Assembly: GCF_001457595.1 (NCBI RefSeq)
Contig: NZ_LN831039.1
Span: 5,190,001 to 5,222,000 of the forward strand
Source: Mycolicibacterium smegmatis
GTDB taxonomy: Bacteria; Actinomycetota; Actinomycetes; Mycobacteriales; Mycobacteriaceae
Length of the DNA: 32,000 nucleotides
Direction: 5' to 3'
Part shown: positions 1 through 9,906 of the stretch, piece after piece
How positions within the stretch are numbered: position 1 is the stretch's first letter
How the letters are laid out: every line of letters begins with the position of its first letter
Program-made: the position numbers and the translations under genes
The notes under the pieces: generated by a model
Seen by the model: only the letters and a program-made list of their open reading frames with translations
The model's database searches: none
Told to the model about the DNA's origin: nothing

Positions 1-3
1 CGT

Positions 4-402
4 CTAGGTCGCGTCGGGGTCGAACACCGGCCCGGCGGGCTTGTCCGGCTTCTCTTCGGGCTTGTCCTGCGCGGCCGGGGTCTGCGGCTGCTGCTTGGGA
101 CGCTCGTCGTCGAACTTGCCGGTGAGGAACGAATCGTCGCCGTCGAGCAAATGTTTGGTGATCGCCGCGCGGGGCGTCATGCCGCGCAGCTTCTGCAGTT
201 CCTGCAGCGGCTCACGCAGATCGTCGAACTCGGGCCCCAGATCCTGACGCAGCTGGCTGGTGGCGCCGCTGACGTAGTCACGGGCCTGGCGCAGCGCGCC
301 CGACGTCCACCGGATCGCACCGGGCAGGCGTTCGGGGCCGAGGATCACCAGACCCGCGATGACCAGCACGAGCATCTCGCCCCATCCGATGTTGGCGAAC
401 AT
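4..402 (-). CDS. tatB: Sec-independent protein translocase TatB
   Basis: ORF 132 aa beginning [30 protein letters not shown] (single N-terminal TM followed by amphipathic helix typical of TatB); downstream of htrA as in mycobacterial sigE loci; stop codon at 4-6 inside the window. Confidence 0.93.
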
Positions 403-404
403 CG

Positions 405-1949
<1,545 letters not shown>

Positions 1950-2348
1950 CTACCGGCGCTTACGCCGGCCCCGCGTCGGGTCATCGGCGAACTTGGCCTG
2001 CTCAGACACGTCCGGCGTCACCTCTGGGGTGCGGTGCGGGATCTGCGACAACATCCCCAACAACGAGTTCGGGATCGCGATGGGACACGACTCCCGCAGC
2101 GCCGTACGCGCCTGGCTCTGCGCGTCGACCTCGGCCGCGCATTCCGGACACAGCGACAGGTGGTGGGCGGCGCGCAGGTGCGCCGACATCCGCAGCTCAC
2201 CGTCGACGAACGCCGCGATCGCCTCGACCGACAGGTGCTCGGTCGAACCGAACTGCCGCGGGGCGCCGACAGGTGCGTCGCTCTGAGAGGCGAACTGCGA
2301 CGGCAGCCAGGAGAACGCCCGACGGAACACATGTCCCGGGTCCGCCAT
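1950..2348 (-). CDS. rseA: Anti-sigma-E factor RseA (zinc-associated anti-sigma, HxxxCxxC)
   Basis: HLSLCPEC motif matches HxxxCxxC. The track ORF starts at 2387, but MADPGHVFRRAFSW at 2348 fits remembered mycobacterial RseA starts and is preceded by GAGAGGAG. Confidence 0.9.
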   Translation of the reverse strand: MADPGHVFRRAFSWLPSQFASQSDAPVGAPRQFGSTEHLSVEAIAAFVDGELRMSAHLRAAHHLSLCPECAAEVDAQSQARTALRESCPIAIPNSLLGMLSQIPHRTPEVTPDVSEQAKFADDPTRGRRKRR

Positions 2349-2436
2349 CACCCAGCTCCTCTCGGTTCGCACAAGCCTTTGCCTCACCTGTTCTCAGTCC
2401 TGAATGTAGCGCGCGAAGCTGTGATCGACATCCAGC

Positions 2437-3210
2437 TCAGGCGGACTGTGCGGTTTCCGACGAATGCTTGGCGAGGTAATCGCGAAGCTGCTGCCTGCCG
2501 CGGTGGATGCGGCTGCGCACAGTTCCGAGCTTGACGCCCAGCGTGGCGCCGATCTCCTCGTAGGACAGACCCTCGATGTCGCACAGGACCACCGCGGCGC
2601 GGAACTCCGGAGGCAGCGAGTCGAGGGCGGCCTGCAGATCCGCACCCAGGCGCGAATCGTGGTAGATCTGCTCGGGGTTCGGATCCTCGGCGGGCACGCG
2701 GTCGTAGTCCTCGGGCAGCGCCTCCATGCGGATACGCCCGCGGCGGCGCACCATGTCGAGGAAAAGGTTGGTGGTGATGCGGTGCAGCCAGCCCTCGAAG
2801 GTGCCCGGCTGGTAGTTCTGCACCGAGCGGAACACGCGGATGAACGTCTCCTGCGTCAGGTCCTCGGCGTCGTGCTGATTGCCCGACAAGCGGTAGGCGA
2901 GCCGGTAGACCCGGTCGGCGTGCTGACGCACCAATTCGTCCCAGGACGGCATGGCCGCCTGGTCACCGGTGGCATCGAATACCGCGGTGCCGGTCGGCTC
3001 GTCGGACGGCTCCACCCAGTCACTGTCGGTGAACTGTTCGAGGTGGGCCATCGAGACGGGGGCGGCGTGGGTCGCGGTGACGGGCTGCGATGCGATGGTG
3101 GTTGAACCCTCCTGCTCGTGAACTGCGTTGTTCTCGATTTGCTCAACACGAATTACAACGTGGTTGTTCCCGGCACGCACTTGGCTGGCGCGACGGTCGT
3201 CGTGTTCCAT
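2437..3210 (-). CDS. sigE: ECF RNA polymerase sigma factor SigE
   Basis: [68 protein letters not shown] and [24 protein letters not shown] are sigma70 regions 2 and 4. True translation start is uncertain (see findings). Confidence 0.95.
   Translation of the reverse strand: MEHDDRRASQVRAGNNHVVIRVEQIENNAVHEQEGSTTIASQPVTATHAAPVSMAHLEQFTDSDWVEPSDEPTGTAVFDATGDQAAMPSWDELVRQHADRVYRLAYRLSGNQHDAEDLTQETFIRVFRSVQNYQPGTFEGWLHRITTNLFLDMVRRRGRIRMEALPEDYDRVPAEDPNPEQIYHDSRLGADLQAALDSLPPEFRAAVVLCDIEGLSYEEIGATLGVKLGTVRSRIHRGRQQLRDYLAKHSSETAQSA
3145..3171 (-). promoter_or_regulatory. ECF (SigE/SigH-type) promoter-like motif inside the annotated 5' end of sigE
   Basis: Minus strand GGGAAC-AACCACGTTGTAATTCGT (18 nt)-GTT. 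Confidence 0.5.
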
Positions 3211-3373
3211 GCGGGATACAGTTCCCCATGCCGGTGTGGCAGGTATATGAGCAAACTGAACTTTCGCTGAGAAACCCGACCATACGGCTTTTCACCTGCG
3301 AAAACCAGTGAGATTTTCACGACGCGCGCCTTAGCACGTCGGTGTGTCGCAGTACGGACGCAAGGCTGTCGCC

Positions 3374-3379
3374 TACGCT
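3374..3379 (+). promoter_or_regulatory. Candidate -10 (TACGCT) for a leaderless O-methyltransferase transcript
   Basis: TACGCT then 7 nt then ATG 3387, no Shine-Dalgarno sequence. Confidence 0.3.
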
Positions 3380-3386
3380 GCGGAAC

Positions 3387-4019
3387 ATGGCCAGCTCAGC
3401 CGAGGCGATCGTCACGCACGCAGAACGGTCGATCTCCGAGGACGCGATCGTCGCGGCGGCCCGCGAGCGCGCCGATGACATCGGCGCCGGAGCCGTCACC
3501 CCCGCGGTCGGTGCGCTGCTGAGCGTGCTGGCGCGCCTCACCGGCGGTCGCGCCGTGGTCGAGGTCGGCACCGGCGCGGGCGTGAGCGGCCTGTGGTTGC
3601 TGTCGGGGATGCGCGACGACGGCGTGCTGACCACGATCGACGTCGAACCCGAGCACCAGCGCATCGCCAAGCAGGGCTTCTCCGAGGCCGGCGTCGGGCC
3701 GGGGCGCACCCGGCTGATCAGCGGACGCGCGCAGGAAGTACTCACGCGCCTGGCCGACGAGTCCTACGACCTGGTGTTCATCGACGCCGACCCGGTCGAC
3801 CAGCCGCAGTTCGTGGTCGAGGGTGTGCGTCTGTTGCGTTCGGGCGGCGCGATCGTCGTGCACCGCGCCGCGCTGGGCGGACGCGCAGGCGACGCCAGCG
3901 CGCGCGACGCCGAGGTCACCGCGGTGCGCGAGGCCGCGCGCCTGATAGCCGAGGACGAGCGGCTCACCCCGGTGCTGATCCCCCTCGGCGACGGCCTTCT
4001 CGCCGCCGTCCGCGACTGA
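3387..4019 (+). CDS. SAM-dependent O-methyltransferase (Rv1220c-like)
   Basis: [18 protein letters not shown] (SAM motif I), [27 protein letters not shown]; divergent from sigE. MASSAEAI start chosen over the track start at 3342. Confidence 0.88.
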   Translation: MASSAEAIVTHAERSISEDAIVAAARERADDIGAGAVTPAVGALLSVLARLTGGRAVVEVGTGAGVSGLWLLSGMRDDGVLTTIDVEPEHQRIAKQGFSEAGVGPGRTRLISGRAQEVLTRLADESYDLVFIDADPVDQPQFVVEGVRLLRSGGAIVVHRAALGGRAGDASARDAEVTAVREAARLIAEDERLTPVLIPLGDGLLAAVRD

Positions 4020-4076
4020 CTTTTCTCTCCGCGACTTTTCACGAAATCGTGCCGCGCCAGCCCCTTCCCTTTGGGC

Positions 4077-4111
4077 TGAACATGCGTTTAGCATGTTGAA
4101 CATGCGTTTAG
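4077..4111 (+). promoter_or_regulatory. Candidate operator of the TetR regulator: 15-bp direct repeat TGAACATGCGTTTAG x2 plus palindrome GCATGTT-G-AACATGC
   Basis: Exact direct repeats at 4077-4091 and 4097-4111 (20-bp period); perfect 7-bp-arm inverted repeat at 4091-4105. Confidence 0.65.
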
Positions 4112-4761
4112 TGGACGATCGAACCGCGATGGCCCGGATCCGTGACACCGCGATCGAGCAGTTCGGGCAGCACGGGTTCAACGTGGGCCTGCGCAGCATC
4201 GCCGAGGCCGCGGGGGTCAGCGCGGCACTCGTGATCCACCACTTCGGTTCCAAGGAGGGCCTGCGCAAGGCATGTGACGACCACGTCGCCGAGGTCATCC
4301 TCGAGCTCAAGACCGAATCCATGCACGCATCCGATCCGGCGACCTGGCTGGCCTACGTGGCCGAGATCGAGTCGTACGCGCCGCTGATGGCCTATCTCGT
4401 GCGCAGCATGCAGTCCGGCAGCGAACTGGCGAAGAAGTTCTGGCGCCGGATGGTCGACAACGCCGAGCAGTACCTCGAAGAAGGCGTCCGCACCGGCATG
4501 CTCAAGCCCAGCCGTGACCCGCGGGCACGTGCCCGGTTCCTCGCGATCTGCGGCGGTGGCGGGTTCCTGCTCTACCTGCAGATGCACGACAACCCGACGG
4601 ATCTGCGTGCCGTACTGCGCGATTACGGCGAGGACATGATGCTGCCCGCCCTCGAGATCTACAGCCACGGCCTGATGGCCGACACCACGATGTACGAGAC
4701 CTTCCTGCACCAACGCGAAGCCGGCGTCCCGTTCACCGGCACCTCGGAGGAGGCGACATGA
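4111..4761 (+). CDS. TetR-family transcriptional regulator (RaaS/Rv1219c-like)
   Basis: N-terminal HTH RIRDTAIEQFGQHGFNVGLRSIAEAAGVSAALVIHHFGSKEGL; directly upstream of and overlapping an ABC exporter. GTG at 4111 (VDDRTAMARIRDTA) is a plausible start; the track gives 4093. Confidence 0.85.
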   Translation: MDDRTAMARIRDTAIEQFGQHGFNVGLRSIAEAAGVSAALVIHHFGSKEGLRKACDDHVAEVILELKTESMHASDPATWLAYVAEIESYAPLMAYLVRSMQSGSELAKKFWRRMVDNAEQYLEEGVRTGMLKPSRDPRARARFLAICGGGGFLLYLQMHDNPTDLRAVLRDYGEDMMLPALEIYSHGLMADTTMYETFLHQREAGVPFTGTSEEAT

Positions 4762-5660
4762 CACGCTCATCGGTCGCGGTCGAGATCCACGGACTGACAA
4801 AGTCTTTCGGGCGCACCAGGGCGCTCGACGGTCTCGACATGACAGTGCCGTACGGCCACATCGTGGGTTTTCTCGGCCCCAACGGCGCGGGGAAGTCCAC
4901 CACGATCCGCGTGCTGCTGGGACTGTTGCGTGCCGAACGCGGCACGGTGCGCCTGCTCGGCGGCGACCCTTGGCACGACGCCGTGGAACTGCACCGCCGC
5001 ATCGCCTACGTACCGGGCGATGTCATGTTGTGGCCCAACCTCACCGGGATGCAGGCCATCGATTTCCTGTGCGGCCTGCGCGGCGACGGCGTCGATGTGC
5101 GCAGACGCAATCAGTTGATCGACCGGTTCGAACTGGATCCCCACAAAAAGGCGCGCACGTACTCGAAGGGCAACCGGCAGAAGGTCGCGATCATCGCGGC
5201 GTTCTCGTGCGAGGCCGATCTCTACATCCTCGACGAGCCGACCTCAGGCCTGGACCCCTTGATGGAACAGGCCTTTCAGCAGTGCGTCACCGAGGTGGCC
5301 GGGCGCGGCGCCGCGGTGCTGCTGTCGAGTCACATCCTCGCCGAGGTCGAGAAACTGTGTGACGACGTGACGATCATCCGCTCGGGGCGCACCGTGCGTT
5401 CCGGGACACTGGCCGAACTGCGGCACCTGATGCGCACCACGGTGACGGTGCGCACACACTCGGACGGCCGCGTTCTGCGCGATGTGCCCTATGTCCACGA
5501 CTTCGATTGCCGCGACGGGCAATTGCGCTTCTCGGTGGACCGCACCGACCTGGAGTTCGTCATGGAACACCTGATCGACCTGGGTATCGACGACCTGACC
5601 GTCACGCCCGCCTCGCTGGAGGACATGTTCCTGCGGGAGTATCAGGGAGCCGTCCCGTGA
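4758..5660 (+). CDS. ABC exporter ATP-binding protein (Rv1218c-like)
   Basis: Walker A GPNGAGKST, signature YSKGNRQK, Walker B LYILDEPTSGLD; ATGA overlap with the regulator. Confidence 0.93.
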   Translation: MTRSSVAVEIHGLTKSFGRTRALDGLDMTVPYGHIVGFLGPNGAGKSTTIRVLLGLLRAERGTVRLLGGDPWHDAVELHRRIAYVPGDVMLWPNLTGMQAIDFLCGLRGDGVDVRRRNQLIDRFELDPHKKARTYSKGNRQKVAIIAAFSCEADLYILDEPTSGLDPLMEQAFQQCVTEVAGRGAAVLLSSHILAEVEKLCDDVTIIRSGRTVRSGTLAELRHLMRTTVTVRTHSDGRVLRDVPYVHDFDCRDGQLRFSVDRTDLEFVMEHLIDLGIDDLTVTPASLEDMFLREYQGAVP

Positions 5661-7219
5661 TCACCGGCGCAGGCGCCCTGGTACGTCTGGCGCTGCGGCG
5701 CGACCGGGTGCGCCTGGCCGTCTGGATCGCGGTGCTGACGTCGACGATGGTGTACGCACCCAACACCATCCGTATGACGTATCCCGATGAGGCGCAAAGG
5801 CAGTCACGGGTCGAGCTGCTCAAGACCCCGGCCGGCATGATGCTGGGTGGCCCGATGTTCGGCGTCAACGAGACCGACCTCGGGGCCATGATGGCCAACG
5901 AGTTGATGCTGACGCTCATGGTCGCGGCGTCGATCCTGTCGATTCTCACCGTGATCCGCCACACGCGCGCCGAGGAAGAGAGCGGCGCGGCCGAACTCGT
6001 GCTGTCCTCGGTCGTGGGCCGCCATGCCCGCACCACCGCGGCGCTGGTCCTGGTGGCGGGTGTCAATGTCGTTCTCGCCGTGGCCATGACGCTGGCGATG
6101 ACGGTCAGCGGTTTCGCACCGGCCGACAGCGCCGCGATGTCTTTCGGTGTGTCGGGCGTGGCCATGGTGTTCGGTGCGCTCGCCGCGCTCACCGCGCAGA
6201 TGTGGCGCCAGGCGCGCGCGGCCACCGGCGCCGCGATGGCGGCCCTCGGTGTCGCCGCGCTGGTCCGCGGGGCCGGCGACGTGATCGACAACTCGGGCAG
6301 CCTCCTCAGTTGGTTCTCCCCGATCGCCTGGGCGCAGCAGATGCGCCCGTTCGTCGCGCTGCGCTGGTGGCCGTTCGCGTTGCTCGTGCTGCTCGCCGTG
6401 GCGCTCATCGCGCTGGCCGCCGTGGCCGAGGCGCGGCGCCAGTACGACGACGGCACCATTCCCGCGACCGGTGACCGGCCCGACGCGGCGCCGATCACCG
6501 GGGTCCTCGCTCTGCATGTGCGGCTGCACCGCGGGCAGACGATCGCCTGGGGCGTCGGATTGTTCGTGGCAGGCCTGGCTTTCGGGTCGATGACCAAGTC
6601 GCTGATGGACGCGGCTCACACCAACGAGTTGATCGCGCAGGTGCTGGCCGCACAGGGCCCTGACGGGGCGTACACCACCATGACGCAGTTCCTGGCGGCC
6701 GCGGCGGCGGCGTACACCGTGTCCGGGGTGCTGCGGTTGCACGACGACGAGCAGAACGGCCTGGCCGAGGCGGTGCTCGCCGGGCCGGTGTCGCGCTGGC
6801 GCTGGCTGCTCGGTGCGACCGCGGCCGCCGTGCTCGGTTCCGCGATGGTGTTGTTGTGTGCGGGTGTGGGCAACGGCCTTGGCGCGGGGCTCACGCTCGG
6901 CGACCTGCCGACCGTGGGACGCCTGGCGCTCGCCGCGCTGGCGTACCTTCCCGCGCTGGCGGTCATGGCCGCGGTCGCGACGCTGGCCGTCGCGCTGCGG
7001 ACGCCCTGGATCGCCTGGCTGGCAGTGACATTCGTGATCGTCGCGCTCTATCTCGGTGCGCTGTTGCGGCTGCCGCGCTGGCTTCTCGACCTGTCGCCGG
7101 TGGGTAGGACGACCGCCCCGATGGACTATCCGGTGACAGCTCTGGCCGTGATGACGGTTGTGGCAGTGCTTCTGGCGTGTGCGGCGGGCGGAATCTACCG
7201 CCGCCGCGACGCCGTCTGA
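5657..7219 (+). CDS. ABC exporter multispanning permease (Rv1217c-like, tetronasin-type)
   Basis: Multiple hydrophobic TM segments; GTG at 5657 overlaps the ATPase stop (GTGA), in frame with track ORF 5507..7219. Confidence 0.88.
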   Translation: MITGAGALVRLALRRDRVRLAVWIAVLTSTMVYAPNTIRMTYPDEAQRQSRVELLKTPAGMMLGGPMFGVNETDLGAMMANELMLTLMVAASILSILTVIRHTRAEEESGAAELVLSSVVGRHARTTAALVLVAGVNVVLAVAMTLAMTVSGFAPADSAAMSFGVSGVAMVFGALAALTAQMWRQARAATGAAMAALGVAALVRGAGDVIDNSGSLLSWFSPIAWAQQMRPFVALRWWPFALLVLLAVALIALAAVAEARRQYDDGTIPATGDRPDAAPITGVLALHVRLHRGQTIAWGVGLFVAGLAFGSMTKSLMDAAHTNELIAQVLAAQGPDGAYTTMTQFLAAAAAAYTVSGVLRLHDDEQNGLAEAVLAGPVSRWRWLLGATAAAVLGSAMVLLCAGVGNGLGAGLTLGDLPTVGRLALAALAYLPALAVMAAVATLAVALRTPWIAWLAVTFVIVALYLGALLRLPRWLLDLSPVGRTTAPMDYPVTALAVMTVVAVLLACAAGGIYRRRDAV

Positions 7220-7238
7220 TCTCGGACAGGAGGTTCCC

Positions 7239-7913
7239 GTGAAACTGTTACTTCAGGCCGTGGCGTCCGGAGTCTTGGGGCTGGCGTTCTTCGCGGTCGC
7301 GCTGTTCTGGCCCGCGGGCACGTTCGACTATTGGCAGGCATGGGTTTTCATCGCGGTGTTCCTCGCGGGCACGCTGATCCCGAGTTTCTATCTCGCGGTC
7401 ACCGATCCCGTCACGCTGCAGCGCCGCCTGCATGCCGGCCCGACCGCCGAGACGCGGAGCGCGCAGAAGGTGGCCGCGGTCGCGCTCGTGGTGGCCGTGC
7501 TCGCCGTGCTGATCGTCAGCGCGCTGGACCGTCGCTTCGGGTGGTCGTCGGTGCCCGCATGGCTCGCCCTGGCGGCCGATGTCGTGGTGGTGGTGAGCCT
7601 GGTGCTGTCGCAGGTGGTCATCTTCCAGAACCGCTTCGCCGCGGCCACCATCCGCGTCGAGGCCGAACAGCAGGTGATCTCGACCGGCATGTACGGCTGG
7701 GTGCGTCATCCCATGTACTCCTGGGCCCTGGTCATGATTCTCGCGTCGCCCGTGGCGCTCGGCTCGTTCTGGGCGTTGCTGGTCGCCACGGCAGGCCTGC
7801 CGGTGCTGGTTTTCCGCATCCTCGACGAGGAGAAGATGCTGGTCGCCGAACTGCGCGGCTACGACGAGTACCGGCAGAAGATCCGGTACCGGCTCGTGCC
7901 CGGCCTGTGGTGA
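7239..7913 (+). CDS. Isoprenylcysteine carboxylmethyltransferase-like (ICMT/PEMT family) membrane protein
   Basis: Several TM helices, C-terminal MYGWVRHPMYSWALVMILASPVALGS and FRILDEEKMLVAELRGYDEYRQKIRYRLVPGLW. GTG at 7239 after an ACAGGAGG ribosome-binding site. Confidence 0.82.
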   Translation: MKLLLQAVASGVLGLAFFAVALFWPAGTFDYWQAWVFIAVFLAGTLIPSFYLAVTDPVTLQRRLHAGPTAETRSAQKVAAVALVVAVLAVLIVSALDRRFGWSSVPAWLALAADVVVVVSLVLSQVVIFQNRFAAATIRVEAEQQVISTGMYGWVRHPMYSWALVMILASPVALGSFWALLVATAGLPVLVFRILDEEKMLVAELRGYDEYRQKIRYRLVPGLW

Positions 7914-7926
7914 CGATAATGACGCT

Positions 7927-8544
7927 GTGGAGTTGCTGACCGGGTTCGGACTGGCCACCGCCGCAGGCCTGAACGCCTATATCCCGTTGCTGGCGCTGGG
8001 GTTGCTGTCGCGGTTCACCGACCTGGTCGCGCTGCCCGCCGGATGGGCCTGGCTGGAGAACGGTTGGGTGATGGCGATCGTCGCGGTGCTGCTCGTGGTC
8101 GAGATCGTCGCCGACAAGATTCCCGCGCTCGACACCGTCAACGACACCATCCAGACGTTCGTGCGGCCCACCGCCGGCGGAATCGTCTTCGGCTCGGGCA
8201 CCGCCGCCGAGACGGCCGCGGTCACCGATCCGGGAGCGTTCGCGCAGTCCGGTCAGTGGATCCCGGTCGCGATCGGGGTGGTGACGGCACTCGTCGTCTC
8301 GTTGACCAAGACCGCGGTGCGCCCTGCCGCGAACGTGGCCTCGGCGGGCGTGGCGGCGCCCGTGCTGTCGACGGTCGAGGACGTCACGAGCGTGGGTCTG
8401 GTGATCGTCGCGATCCTGCTGCCGGTCCTGGTGCTGGTGGCGTTGGCGCTGATGGCGTGGGGCGCTTTCCGGTTGTGGCGTTGGCGCAGACGACGCGCTA
8501 AATCCACACACCCTTCCCCACCGCAACCACTCCCCCCGCGCTGA
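7927..8544 (+). CDS. DUF4126-type integral membrane protein
   Basis: [30 protein letters not shown]... [26 protein letters not shown]... is typical of this membrane family. Confidence 0.75.
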   Translation: MELLTGFGLATAAGLNAYIPLLALGLLSRFTDLVALPAGWAWLENGWVMAIVAVLLVVEIVADKIPALDTVNDTIQTFVRPTAGGIVFGSGTAAETAAVTDPGAFAQSGQWIPVAIGVVTALVVSLTKTAVRPAANVASAGVAAPVLSTVEDVTSVGLVIVAILLPVLVLVALALMAWGAFRLWRWRRRRAKSTHPSPPQPLPPR

Positions 8545-9712
8545 TCGCGAAGCGCTCGCGGTCCTTGTCGAGATCGACGCCGACCATCTCGCCGGGGCCG
8601 ACGACGACGTTCTTGTCGAGGATCGCGTGGCGCACCACCGCGCCGCGTCCGATGCGCACACCCGGCATCAGCACGCTGCCCTCCACGATCGCGCCGTCGT
8701 CGACCACCACGTTCGACGACAGCACCGAGTTGCGCACCGATGCGGCCGAGATGATGCTGCCGGCGCCGACCACCGACTCCTGAGCCGAGCCGCCGTTGAC
8801 GAACTTGGCCGGGGCGAGGTTCTCGGACTCGCCGCGGATGGGCCAGCGCTTGTTGTACAGGTTGAACACCGGGTGCACCGACACCAGATCCATGTGGGCG
8901 TCGTAGAACGCATCGAGCGTTCCGACGTCGCGCCAATATCCGTGGTCGCGCTCGGTGGCCCCGGGCACCTCGTTGTTCTTGAAGTCGTAGACCGCGGCCA
9001 TACCGTCGGAGACGAGACGCGGGATGATGTCGCCGCCCATGTCGTGGTCGGAATGGTCGTCGTCGGCGTCGGCGCGGATCGCGTCGATGAGCACCTTCGT
9101 GGTGAAGATGTAGTTGCCCATCGAGACGAACGTCTGCTCGGGGTCGTCGGGCGTGCCGGGCGGGTCGGCGGGCTTCTCGATGAATTCACGGATGCGGCCC
9201 GACTCGTCGGCGTCGATGCACCCGAACGCGCTGGCCTCCGAGCGCGGCACCCGGATGCCCGCGACGGTGGCGCCCGCGCCGCTCTCGATGTGGAACTGCA
9301 TCATCTGCTCGGGGTCCATGCGGTACACGTGGTCGGCGCCGAAGATGATGATGTAGTCGGGATCCTCGTCGTAGATGAGGTTGAGCGACTGGTAGATGGC
9401 GTCGGCCGAACCGGTGTACCAGCGCGGGCCGAGGCGTTGCTGGGCGGGCACGGGCGTGATGTACTCACCGGCCAGACCGCTCAACCGCCAGTTCTGGCTG
9501 ATGTGCCGGTCGAGGGAGTGCGACTTGTATTGCGTGAGAACGCAAATTCGGAGATATCGGGCGTTGACCAGATTCGACAGCACGAAGTCGATCAGCCGGT
9601 ACGCACCCCCGAAGGGAACCGCTGGCTTGGCTCGGTCGGCCGTCAACGGATACAGCCGCTTGCCCTCTCCGCCGGCCAGGACAATGCCCAGCACATGTGG
9701 CAACTCCCTCAT
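8498..9712 (-). CDS. glgC: Glucose-1-phosphate adenylyltransferase
   Basis: [45 protein letters not shown]; HITQ-like [13 protein letters not shown]; C-terminal left-handed beta-helix repeats. Confidence 0.96.
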   Translation of the reverse strand: MRELPHVLGIVLAGGEGKRLYPLTADRAKPAVPFGGAYRLIDFVLSNLVNARYLRICVLTQYKSHSLDRHISQNWRLSGLAGEYITPVPAQQRLGPRWYTGSADAIYQSLNLIYDEDPDYIIIFGADHVYRMDPEQMMQFHIESGAGATVAGIRVPRSEASAFGCIDADESGRIREFIEKPADPPGTPDDPEQTFVSMGNYIFTTKVLIDAIRADADDDHSDHDMGGDIIPRLVSDGMAAVYDFKNNEVPGATERDHGYWRDVGTLDAFYDAHMDLVSVHPVFNLYNKRWPIRGESENLAPAKFVNGGSAQESVVGAGSIISAASVRNSVLSSNVVVDDGAIVEGSVLMPGVRIGRGAVVRHAILDKNVVVGPGEMVGVDLDKDRERFAISAGGVVAVGKGVWI

Positions 9713-9906
9713 GGCTCAAACCTATCCGTCTGCCTGCCGTGCGGCATGCCAATGACACGATTCATCAACGCGATCCGGGTCGGCACGAGTTCGGTTTAAC
9801 CAAAATCAGCGCGCTACAAACGTCGAACAGAACACCGCTCGGTTCTCTGTCACGATCTCGGTGATCGCCTATGCGTGGGGGCCCGCTCACCATTACCGTT
9901 CCAGAT

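Noticed and set aside
3221-3226. GGGAAC (minus strand) just upstream of the annotated sigE ATG as an ECF -35
   Set aside because: No GTT/CGTT at 16-20 nt downstream; the internal site at 3145-3171 fits the consensus much better.
4040-4051. CACGA-AA-TCGTG small inverted repeat between the methyltransferase and TetR genes
   Set aside because: Only 5-bp arms, no poly-T tail; expected by chance, insufficient to call a terminator or operator.
8627-9799. 390-aa + strand ORF opposite glgC
   Set aside because: Antisense shadow of glgC; no domain signal.
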